Assembly: GCA_003564915.1 (NCBI GenBank)
Contig: PXDX01000118.1
Location: 1 to 41,206 of the forward strand
DNA from: a candidate division WWE3 bacterium
GTDB taxonomy: Bacteria; Patescibacteriota; WWE3; UBA101185; UBA10185
Length of the DNA stretch: 41,206 nt
Reading direction: 5' to 3'
The notes beneath the pieces were generated by a model. That model worked only from the letters and a program-made list of their open reading frames with translations. It did not search any database and had not been told where the DNA came from. Below are positions 16,306 through 24,469 of the stretch, piece by piece; the first letter of the stretch is position 1; each line of letters begins with the position of its first letter. Made by a program: the position numbers and the translations under genes.

Positions 16306-16742
16306 TCGGAATACTTTTCTACCTGTCCTAACCTTCTTATATGCCGCTCCTCCCCATGGAATTCTGTTTCCAGCCAGGCTTTGGCTATCTTTAAAGCGCT
16401 CTTTTTACTTATGTAATCGGAAGGTAAGGTTAGGATATTGGTATTATCGTCAGTACGGTGCGATATTGCATGTTTGGGATTCCACGAAAGCCCGGCCCTG
16501 ACCCCTTTAAATCTGTTAGCGAATATCATTACCCCAACGCCGTTTCTACATACGAGGATTCCACGTACATCTTCGCCTTTGACTTTTAGGATAGTTTCTT
16601 TTGTAGTCTCGGGGTAATCATCCTTAGGGTCCAAGCTGTAAGGACCTTCATCGATCACGTCATACCCTTCTTTATCCAAAGCTTTGAGTAGAAAGTTTTT
16701 TAGGTCTAACCCGGCATGATCTGCTGATAAATGTACTTTCAT
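16302..16742 (-). CDS. rpiB: Ribose-5-phosphate isomerase B
   Basis: Contains MKVHLSADHAGLDLKNFL...GILVCRNGVGVMIFANRFKGVRA. The ATG at 16742 overlaps the lgt stop (ATGA). The upstream extension to 16838 would overlap lgt and is probably not translated. Confidence 0.85.
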   Translation of the reverse strand: MKVHLSADHAGLDLKNFLLKALDKEGYDVIDEGPYSLDPKDDYPETTKETILKVKGEDVRGILVCRNGVGVMIFANRFKGVRAGLSWNPKHAISHRTDDNTNILTLPSDYISKKSALKIAKAWLETEFHGEERHIRRLGQVEKYSE

Positions 16743-17431
16743 CTCTTTGATTTTAACACGTAGACCACGTACGTTACCGAAAAGAATATTGAAAGAAGTG
16801 ATAGAGTTTGGGCGATATTCATATTTCCTAGATACCAATCATCCACCCTTAGAAAGCCTGTCCCAAACCTAACAAGTCCGTAGGAACCCACATATATAGG
16901 TAAAAGAATTCCTTCGGGTAATTTCTTTGTTCTTATATATAGTAGATACATTAGTAAAAATATCAAAGCGCATAACACGGACTCGTAAAGAAATATCGGA
17001 TGATAAGTTCTACCTCCTATGGTCCAACCCCAGGGAAGATCGGTTTCTTTTCCGAATATTTCCTTATTAAAGTAATTCCCCCACCTCCCGATAGCCTGTG
17101 CTAAAGGTATTCCTAAAATCAGAGGATTTAGCCATCTAGTTATGGATTCGCTTTTGAGATTCAAGTAGAGAATAGCAGCTGTGATTCCTCCTATCAGAGC
17201 ACCGAATATCCCTAACCCTCCCCTCCATATGGCGAAAATTTGATAAAGGTTTTCGGAGTAATAGTTCCAGTAGTCTAGGACATGATACGCTCTTGCTCCT
17301 ATGACGGAAGCTATGATAGCAACATTAACCGTGGGATAGAAAAGATCGACATTCAGGCCTTCTCTCTCTACGGCTTTTTTAGAAATTATTATGGCGCCTA
17401 AGACTCCCGAGCTTATTAAAAGTCCGTACAT
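16739..17431 (-). CDS. lgt: Prolipoprotein diacylglyceryl transferase
   Basis: Polytopic membrane protein with the Lgt signature GRWGNYFNKEIFG. Confidence 0.85.
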   Translation of the reverse strand: MYGLLISSGVLGAIIISKKAVEREGLNVDLFYPTVNVAIIASVIGARAYHVLDYWNYYSENLYQIFAIWRGGLGIFGALIGGITAAILYLNLKSESITRWLNPLILGIPLAQAIGRWGNYFNKEIFGKETDLPWGWTIGGRTYHPIFLYESVLCALIFLLMYLLYIRTKKLPEGILLPIYVGSYGLVRFGTGFLRVDDWYLGNMNIAQTLSLLSIFFSVTYVVYVLKSKR

Positions 17432-17434
17432 TTT

Positions 17435-17986
17435 CTACAAAAATTGTAGGACAATAAGAAGAAGGATCAGACTCGCTCCAATATATAACTTGACTCCCCT
17501 TTCAGAAGGCTTTTCCTTAAGTACCCAAAACCACTCCTTATAATTTCCCCGCGCTAAAAGCTCTGCCAGCCTGTACAGGGAGTTTGCATATGTGGATAGA
17601 ATCAAGGCCTTTGCAAAGACACTTAAGGGGGCGAAGACGATGAAAAAGGTTAGTCCGGCGAGAACGACTTGAAAAAGAACGCTTTGTAAGGTTTTTTCTT
17701 CCACGTCATCGCGGTGGTAATAGATGTAGGAAAAAACATTGGGATAATCTCCGTGCTTTATATAACCTCTCAAAGTTTCGGAGAAGGTTTTCTCAGGATC
17801 AGTGAAATATGCGTATATTATGTAATCGAGATCCAGAATAAACGCTCCCATAAAACATCCCAGGATCGCAAGGAAAATATTCACCGGATCTCTCATTACC
17901 AGAAGAGCCATTAATGCTATGAATAAAGTTAGCGATACCAGTAAGGGCACTTTATATATCTCAAAGATTTTTTTAATCAGCTTCAT
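17435..17986 (-). CDS. Hypothetical polytopic membrane protein
   Basis: 183 aa with 4-5 hydrophobic helices. I recognise no motif. Confidence 0.55.
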   Translation of the reverse strand: MKLIKKIFEIYKVPLLVSLTLFIALMALLVMRDPVNIFLAILGCFMGAFILDLDYIIYAYFTDPEKTFSETLRGYIKHGDYPNVFSYIYYHRDDVEEKTLQSVLFQVVLAGLTFFIVFAPLSVFAKALILSTYANSLYRLAELLARGNYKEWFWVLKEKPSERGVKLYIGASLILLLIVLQFL

Positions 17987-18248
17987 TTCTTTTTTCCTTT
18001 CTTAATTCTGTTAATTTCCACATAAAAAGACGACCTTTGGTAGAGGCATCCTCTTTTCCAAGGGCAAATTCTCTTGCCCTATCGAGCAACTCTCTTTCCT
18101 CCTCCTTTGCCAGCTTTATGTATAGGCTGCGATGTTTTGGATCGGAGAGTTCCTCTGCAAGCCGGTTGCCATATGCCTGATACTCGTATTTATTTCTGTG
18201 GTCTCCTTTTAGGTCCTTGGAGCTGATTATTGAACCGATCTTCTTCAT
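17973..18248 (-). CDS. Small charged hypothetical protein
   Basis: 91 aa from the ATG at 18248 (MKKIGSIISSKDLKG...KHRSLYIKLAKEE...RLFMWKLTELRK). It overlaps both neighbours (4 nt upstream, 14 nt downstream). Confidence 0.45.
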   Translation of the reverse strand: MKKIGSIISSKDLKGDHRNKYEYQAYGNRLAEELSDPKHRSLYIKLAKEEERELLDRAREFALGKEDASTKGRLFMWKLTELRKEKRNEAD

Positions 18249-18577
18249 TTCTGAGATTCCTCTCGCGCCAGTCTTCCGATCACGGGAAGTTCGTGGTCCT
18301 GACCCTGATAAGCCTTCCACATAAGAAAGATCCACATAAATAAGACACCTAAATTTACGATAGGAATTAGAAATATACCTATGATGGCTATCCGTAGAAC
18401 TACAGCCATGCTGTAGGCAGCAAAAGCCGCTATCCAGAAAAATATTGATTGAAAAGCATGGAACCTCACGATCTTATTCTCTTTTTCCATCATTAAAATC
18501 GCTATGGCAACTCCGGGAATATACCCCAGAGCCGCTTCTACATTAGGTTCTAAATTATATGGTTTTTCCTCATTCAT
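18245..18577 (-). CDS. DUF4870-like small membrane protein
   Basis: Contains AALGYIPGVAIAILMMEKENKIVRFHAFQSIFFWIA and three TM helices. I preferred the ATG at 18577 over the TTG at 18589. Confidence 0.55.
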   Translation of the reverse strand: MNEEKPYNLEPNVEAALGYIPGVAIAILMMEKENKIVRFHAFQSIFFWIAAFAAYSMAVVLRIAIIGIFLIPIVNLGVLFMWIFLMWKAYQGQDHELPVIGRLAREESQK

Positions 18578-18644
18578 ACGTATACACAAATATTAACCTT
18601 TTCTTATCCATCTTCGCAACTATTAGGTGGATTTAATCATCGCT

Positions 18645-19631
18645 TTACCTTAATTCGTATCTGGAAGCCTTTGTTCTTCCTTTTTTTACGATCATTTCAC
18701 GTTCGATCAGGTCTTTTAGATCTCTTAGGACGGTATCTTCTGATATTTTGGGAAATAGTTTTGCAAAGTCTTTATTTTTAATCATTCCGTAGTCGTGAAG
18801 ATAAGTGATTATTTTTTCTTGTCTGCCGGATAGTTTTGCCCGTCCCTTAGCTTGTGCTATTTTTGTATCTTTCGCCGAAAGGAGAATTTCCTCTCTTTTG
18901 CTGGAAGCCTTTCGAGCCATGGCTTCGGTATAGAAATCGATCCATATTGTGTAATCTTCTTCCAGGGAAGGCGATCTAATGGCCCTTTTGTATCCTATTG
19001 GATCTTGTGCGTACGATATTTCCAGATGACAATAACCATCCAGATTATATCCGCTATTCTCAAGCATTTGATGAGCCAACAGGTTTGACATGAGATCGTT
19101 ATAGTTTTGAAAAGGCTTTATTTCGGCAATTCTGCCTTTAACAATGGCGGCTCTAATGAGCGGGTGCGTTTCTCTGCAGTCCATGCTGTTTAGCCAATCT
19201 ATTAGTTCGGTCATATCGGAGAGTATCTCTTCCGGATTAGTGCCCGAGTCAGTCGCTCTTTTTCGGTACATTTGGGGAATCTTCATTTCTTCTGATCCGA
19301 TTATTGATTGGTAAAGTAATGATATGGTTTCCTCATCTATTTCATAGGATTGAGATAGTTTTTGAGCAGTTTCTATACTCGCCTTTATATTTTTAACCAG
19401 ATTGGCGGGGTTATCTTCCATTCCATCCAGATATTTTTTAATTTCGTCAAGATCCGCACGGATACCCAGAAGATTAAGGTTCACTTTGAAAAATTCGATC
19501 TTTGCTTCCTTACGCATTCTTGCTTTCCAGGAGGGAAGAATCACGCATAGTTGGGCTATAGATCTTACCCGTTCAATTTCTGCAACATTGTCTAATATCC
19601 TGTTAGTTATAGTGTATTCGGGTATGAACAT
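18645..19631 (-). CDS. Fic-family-like protein with degenerate active-site motif and C-terminal winged-helix domain
   Basis: Fic_N-like N-terminus. The core THPLIRAAIVKGRIAEIKPFQNYNDLMSNLL sits where HPFxDGNGRxxR is expected, and the catalytic His is replaced by Lys. The C-terminal LSGRQEKIITYLHDYGMIKNKDFAKLF...DTVLRDLKDLIEREMIVKKG is a wHTH. Confidence 0.6.
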   Translation of the reverse strand: MFIPEYTITNRILDNVAEIERVRSIAQLCVILPSWKARMRKEAKIEFFKVNLNLLGIRADLDEIKKYLDGMEDNPANLVKNIKASIETAQKLSQSYEIDEETISLLYQSIIGSEEMKIPQMYRKRATDSGTNPEEILSDMTELIDWLNSMDCRETHPLIRAAIVKGRIAEIKPFQNYNDLMSNLLAHQMLENSGYNLDGYCHLEISYAQDPIGYKRAIRSPSLEEDYTIWIDFYTEAMARKASSKREEILLSAKDTKIAQAKGRAKLSGRQEKIITYLHDYGMIKNKDFAKLFPKISEDTVLRDLKDLIEREMIVKKGRTKASRYELR

Positions 19632-19737
19632 ATTTTCTATGGTCGGTGACTAATTCTTGCATATTTCCCGCATAAAATAAAGAGAACCCGTAGTTAGGGG
19701 AGAAGATTATGCGCAGGAAAGATCCTTTGAGCGGTTC

Positions 19738-20787
19738 TTAGAGGATCGTGTTTTTGAATTTCTCGTAGGCTTTGGGTAATTCCGTTGCCGTTATAATAGT
19801 TTGGTGATCGCCTATCAAAGTTTCGATGGAGTTTCTATGCTCACTGTCGAATTCGGATAGCACATCGTCCAACAGAAGTACGGGCGCCTCTCCCGCAGAG
19901 GATCTAAGAAAGTTGAGTTCACATATTTTGAATGCCAGTATTAGAGCTCTCTGCTGGCCGCGAGAGGCATACTTGGCCAAATCCCTTCTTTCGCTTGTAA
20001 AGAGGAAATCATCTCTGTGGGGACCTATAAGACTTGTTCCTGCCCTAATTTCCTCGGGATGGGCTTCTTCCAATCTCTCCTCTATAAGAAGGCTTATATC
20101 GTATTTGATTCGCGTTTCCATGCTAGGATCAATCTTTTTAAGGTGTTCGTTAATATCTTGATTGACTTGATTGAGGAATTTAGCTCTCTCTTTTTGTATT
20201 ACTCTGCCATGCGCGATGATCTTATTATCCCAATATCTCAGTTGAGCGTATCCGCTTCCCGTTTCTCGTATCGTTTTGAGAACTTTGTTCCTATGTCTTC
20301 TTGCTTTATTGTAGTTACTAACCTCACTAGAGTAAGCTCTGCTTGTTTGAGTTAATATATTATTCAAAGTAATTCTTCTTATTGAAGGGCCGCTTCTTAG
20401 AAGATTCATATCCAATGGAGAAAAGAGAACCGTATTAAAATACTCGCCCAAGGAGGATATTTTGACCCTCTTTCCGTTTACTTTTACCGTTTTGATAGAG
20501 GAGGGAGGTGAGGAACTCTCTTTTCTTACAGAAATGCCTATTTTGAGATCCCTTTCCTCCCTTGTTACCAAGGCTTTTATTTCCGTGTCAGTGCTGCCAT
20601 GTGATATGATCTCGTTTTGAAGTTCTGCTCTGAAGGCCTTTCCTGTTGATACTAGGTTTACAGCCTCGATTATATTGGTTTTTCCTGAGCCATTAGGGCC
20701 GGTTATCAGGGTTATAATAGGATCGAAATCCAAAGAGTACTCGCTGTGATTTCGATAGTTTTTCAATTCGATTTGTTTTATTTTCAT
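19738..20787 (-). CDS. recF: DNA replication and repair protein RecF
   Basis: Contains IELKNYRNH, Walker A GPNGSGKTN, the signature SRGQQRAL and Walker B LLLDDVLSEFD. Confidence 0.9.
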   Translation of the reverse strand: MKIKQIELKNYRNHSEYSLDFDPIITLITGPNGSGKTNIIEAVNLVSTGKAFRAELQNEIISHGSTDTEIKALVTREERDLKIGISVRKESSSPPSSIKTVKVNGKRVKISSLGEYFNTVLFSPLDMNLLRSGPSIRRITLNNILTQTSRAYSSEVSNYNKARRHRNKVLKTIRETGSGYAQLRYWDNKIIAHGRVIQKERAKFLNQVNQDINEHLKKIDPSMETRIKYDISLLIEERLEEAHPEEIRAGTSLIGPHRDDFLFTSERRDLAKYASRGQQRALILAFKICELNFLRSSAGEAPVLLLDDVLSEFDSEHRNSIETLIGDHQTIITATELPKAYEKFKNTIL

Positions 20788-20812
20788 GACTTTTTTTGCG
20801 GACAGATTTTAC

Positions 20813-21631
20813 TCAAACCTGACATATAGAGCAGAAATAAGTGTTCCTTCCGGATATCTTCTTCTTTTTGACCGGAGATTCGCAATCGGGGCAGACAGAT
20901 TTGGAGTAGATTCGGAAATTCCTTTGTTGTTGCCCTTTCTTTCCGAATATGTCGATGAACATCTCATCTTCTAGAGTTGACCCTCGGTTTTCAATCCCTT
21001 CCTGTATGACCGTCCTTATCGCACCTAAAAGTTTCTCGGTTTGCTCCATGTTTATTGATCTGGTTCTGGTTTCAGGATGAATGCCTGAGATGAAAAGAGC
21101 CTCTGTGGCATATATATTACCTAAGCCGGCTAATTTGGTTTGATCCATGATCAAATTCTTGATGCTCGTGTTTTTGGACCCAATTATTTCCGCCAATATC
21201 TTGGTATTTAATTCTTCCGATAGAGGAGGCGGTCCGTATTTCTCTCTTAGATCGAGGTACTCACTTGGATCTAAAAATCTCACCTTACCGAATTTTCTAA
21301 CATCTCTGAAGGCGAGGTAGAAACTTTTGTCCTTACCCTCAATCTTGAAAGTAACACGCTCATGCTTCAGAGGTTTGAAAGTTTTTTTGGCCAGAATTTG
21401 CCCCGTCATAGCAAGATGAAAGTTCAGCACCCCTCCTTCTACTTTCAAAAGGATGTTTTTAGCTATTTGGAATACATCTTTTACTCTTTTACCCTCTAAC
21501 TTATTTTTGAAAGTTATATTGTCAGGATAAGTCTCATATCCCTTTTCTATATAGATCTTTTTAATAAGGGCGTCTTCAGTAATTTTTTTTAGATCTTTGA
21601 CTATTGTATGTACTTCAGGAAATTCCGGCAT
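20813..21631 (-). CDS. mutM: Formamidopyrimidine-DNA glycosylase (Fpg/MutM)
   Basis: N-terminal MPEFPEV, H2TH region and a C-terminal zinc finger CPDC...CSIC. Confidence 0.9.
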   Translation of the reverse strand: MPEFPEVHTIVKDLKKITEDALIKKIYIEKGYETYPDNITFKNKLEGKRVKDVFQIAKNILLKVEGGVLNFHLAMTGQILAKKTFKPLKHERVTFKIEGKDKSFYLAFRDVRKFGKVRFLDPSEYLDLREKYGPPPLSEELNTKILAEIIGSKNTSIKNLIMDQTKLAGLGNIYATEALFISGIHPETRTRSINMEQTEKLLGAIRTVIQEGIENRGSTLEDEMFIDIFGKKGQQQRNFRIYSKSVCPDCESPVKKKKISGRNTYFCSICQV

Positions 21632-22745
21632 GATCCTCCCATTTCTTCTTTACAAAGTTTGAAAACTCCTTTTGAAAACGATTTCCTTTAAAACCTTTAG
21701 CGTAGGCCTTGATTCTTTCTTTTTCAAATATACCCCTCTCTATGGATTTGTCGAATTCCTTTATAGAAATAATTATATCTTCCAGTTCAAGGCTCTCAAA
21801 AAACATTCCCGTTATGTTTTCCTTAACTGTTTCTGTTGCTCCGCCGGATTTGTGTGCTAGAACAGGTTTTCCTAAAGACATAGCTTCCAAAGGCACTATG
21901 CCCCAATCTTCTTCCACCACAGGAAATATCAAGCCCTTACTTCCTGCTAGAATAGCTCTTTTTTTCTCTTCGCCCACTCTTCCTGTCATTTTGATACTAT
22001 CTCCCGACATTTTCCTTAGTCTCTTTTCATCGGGCCCTGTTCCCATTACGATAAGATCCCATCCCAGAAAGTTAAATGCCTGGATCAGCAGATCAACGTT
22101 TTTATATGGGGTCAATCTGCCTAAAGAGCAGAAGTAAGGTTTTTTGATATTATCCGGCTTTGGAGCATCTCCATCATCTATGTCCAGTGGAGGATTTATG
22201 ACTTCTGCGTACCGCCCATAGAATTTCTTTATTCTTTTTCTTGTGGTTTCCGAATTGGCTATTAAATAATCGGGTCTTTGAGCCGCGCAATAGTCCCAAA
22301 TACGTAGAAAATGATCTATGATAGCGATTACAGGTTTGTAATACCATCTATGACGTGATGGGCTCTCAACCGAATATCCGTAGAGGAATCTTGGGGGAGT
22401 ATGGATATAACTAATGTGGAGCTGTCTTGGTTTTGTTATAACTCCCTTGGACCAGGAAGAAGAGTCAGAAATTATTATATCGAAATCATCCAGGTCGAAG
22501 CTTTCAAATACCAAAGGCATAAGAAAAGAGAGGTGTTTTGAGAAGATCCTTAGTAGAAGATTATTTGCACTTATAATCTCTCTGGAGTTAATGTTCTTTG
22601 TGAGGTTCTTTGGTGAGTATATTCCGGTATATATGGGCGCATCGGGAAATATTTCTATTATTGACTCCATTGTCTTTTCCGCCCCTCCATATTGAACAAG
22701 GTAATCGTGTATTATGGCTACGCGCGGACGCTGTTTCTGTAACAT
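21615..22745 (-). CDS. Glycosyltransferase, GT4 (GT-B fold) family
   Basis: Contains GGAEKTMESI near the N-terminus and the EEDWGIVPLEAMSLGKPVLA (E-x7-E) motif. It overlaps mutM by 17 nt. Confidence 0.8.
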   Translation of the reverse strand: MLQKQRPRVAIIHDYLVQYGGAEKTMESIIEIFPDAPIYTGIYSPKNLTKNINSREIISANNLLLRIFSKHLSFLMPLVFESFDLDDFDIIISDSSSWSKGVITKPRQLHISYIHTPPRFLYGYSVESPSRHRWYYKPVIAIIDHFLRIWDYCAAQRPDYLIANSETTRKRIKKFYGRYAEVINPPLDIDDGDAPKPDNIKKPYFCSLGRLTPYKNVDLLIQAFNFLGWDLIVMGTGPDEKRLRKMSGDSIKMTGRVGEEKKRAILAGSKGLIFPVVEEDWGIVPLEAMSLGKPVLAHKSGGATETVKENITGMFFESLELEDIIISIKEFDKSIERGIFEKERIKAYAKGFKGNRFQKEFSNFVKKKWEDHAGIS

Positions 22746-22751
22746 ATCCTT

Positions 22752-22760
22752 ATTATATCA
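22752..22760 (-). promoter_or_regulatory. Extended -10 TGaTATAAT, 6 nt upstream of the glycosyltransferase ATG (head of the long minus-strand array)
   Basis: The minus strand reads TGATATAAT-aaggat-ATG. Confidence 0.5.
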
Positions 22761-22824
22761 ACTTATACGATGTGTTTGCTTAAAGCGTTTTACTGGCGAT
22801 ATATTTTTGCGTTATTCTTAAACT

Positions 22825-23322
22825 ATGGAATTAATATCAAGAGAGTCTTTTTTATGGGGTTATTTGGAGTCGGACATAAGAGGTCTGATTGCGGACGGAG
22901 AGCTTCTTTTTGATCTTGTGGAAGAAAAAGATAAAGGTACAACCGATTTTTCCTATCTTGTTTTTTCTTTTTCCAAAGCCTACGAAGGTTTCTTAAAAAA
23001 GTTGTTTTTGGATATGCAGATCATAAATGAGAAAGATTATTACGGGGACGACGTTCGTATTGGGAGAATTTTAAGCCCTAAATATAGGGAGGACCACCAC
23101 GAAGTTTTTGATAAATCCTGTCTTGAAAATTCTGCGGAAGAGGATGATACCGGAAAAGATCTTGGGGATAGGCTTTGGGAGACCTGGCACCGCGGGAGAA
23201 ATAGAGTATTTCACTACTTTCCACATAATTTTCGAAGACTTTCCTACACTGAAGCTTTGGATATTGTGCGCCAGGTTGTCTCACAGATGGAGGAAGCTGT
23301 TCGAGTTTGTTGCTTAGAGTGA
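22825..23322 (+). CDS. Hypothetical protein, HEPN-like (Rx4H motif)
   Basis: 165 aa and predicted all-helical. It contains FSKAYEGFLKKLF and WHRGRNRVFHYF (RNxxxH followed by an aromatic), similar to HEPN/DUF86-type RNase motifs. Confidence 0.4.
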   Translation: MELISRESFLWGYLESDIRGLIADGELLFDLVEEKDKGTTDFSYLVFSFSKAYEGFLKKLFLDMQIINEKDYYGDDVRIGRILSPKYREDHHEVFDKSCLENSAEEDDTGKDLGDRLWETWHRGRNRVFHYFPHNFRRLSYTEALDIVRQVVSQMEEAVRVCCLE

Positions 23323-23368
23323 TTCTTAGAAATATTCGTATTTTATTCGTGCCCTTATTCATTTAAGG

Positions 23369-23374
23369 TATAAT
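23369..23374 (+). promoter_or_regulatory. -10 box TATAAT, 9 nt upstream of the mnmA ATG
   Basis: TATAAT-tttttcact-ATG. Confidence 0.4.
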
Positions 23375-23383
23375 TTTTTCACT

Positions 23384-24454
23384 ATGGATATGGGTTTAAA
23401 AATAAAAGAAAACCCCAAGGTCGTGGTTGGCCTCAGCGGAGGAGTTGATTCTGCTGTTGCGGCTCTACTCCTTAAAGATAAAGGTTACGATGTAACGGGG
23501 GTGTATTTGCAGTGCTGGGACTTTTCGATTCCCGGATGCGGGGGAGATATTGATAGGGCTGACGCAGCAGCAGTAGCCTCTATTTTGGATATAAATTTTA
23601 AACATTTGGATTTTATTGAGGATTATCAAAATAAAGTATTGTCATATTTTTATGAATCCTACGCTTCCGGTGGGACGCCTAATCCTGATATACTTTGTAA
23701 TTCCGTCATCAAGTTCGGCTTATTTCTGGATTGGGCTTTGGATCAAGGTTACGACTATATAGCGACTGGACATTACGCCCGCACTGTCCGTACGGAAGAA
23801 TGCGTAAAACTTTTTTGCGGTGCTGATAAATCCAAGGATCAATCTTATTTTCTGTATCGTCTGAATCAAAGGCAATTATCCAGAGCTCTTTTCCCTCTTG
23901 GCGGACTAACTAAGAATGAAGTCAGAGTGTTAGCCCGGGTTAATAATTTACCCGTATTTGATAAACCGGATAGTACGGGTATCTGTTTCATAGGAGATGT
24001 TAGTATTCAGGACTTCTTGGAGGAACGGATAGAGCCCAAAGAAGGTAACGTAATTTTAAAGGACGGAAGGGCGATAGGAACTCACGAGGGCGTTTGGTTT
24101 TATACCATTGGGCAGAGAAGGGGCTTCAACATAACTGAGTATATGGGAATTCCTTTATATGTAATTGACAAGAAAGTGGAGGAAAACGAGTTGGTAGTTG
24201 GACCAATAAGCGAGGCGCAAAGATCAGTTTTTGAAATAGAACAGCCGCATTGGATTTGCGAATCTCCGAAGCTTCCGTTTGAGTGTGTGGTAAGAATACG
24301 CAACCTGGGTAAATTCCGTCCGGTAACGGTAACGGAATTATCTTCGGGTCTTCTAAAGATAGAATCTTCACAGAAATTCTTTGGAGTCGCGCCCGGCCAA
24401 AGCGCGGTGTTTTATTCAGGAGAGCAGGTTTTAGGAGGGGGAATAATACGGTAG
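23384..24454 (+). CDS. mnmA: tRNA-specific 2-thiouridylase MnmA
   Basis: PP-loop VVGLSGGVDSAVAA, followed by the NPDILCN and TGHYAR motifs. Confidence 0.9.
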   Translation: MDMGLKIKENPKVVVGLSGGVDSAVAALLLKDKGYDVTGVYLQCWDFSIPGCGGDIDRADAAAVASILDINFKHLDFIEDYQNKVLSYFYESYASGGTPNPDILCNSVIKFGLFLDWALDQGYDYIATGHYARTVRTEECVKLFCGADKSKDQSYFLYRLNQRQLSRALFPLGGLTKNEVRVLARVNNLPVFDKPDSTGICFIGDVSIQDFLEERIEPKEGNVILKDGRAIGTHEGVWFYTIGQRRGFNITEYMGIPLYVIDKKVEENELVVGPISEAQRSVFEIEQPHWICESPKLPFECVVRIRNLGKFRPVTVTELSSGLLKIESSQKFFGVAPGQSAVFYSGEQVLGGGIIR

Positions 24455-24469
24455 GCTCAATTTGGAAAT

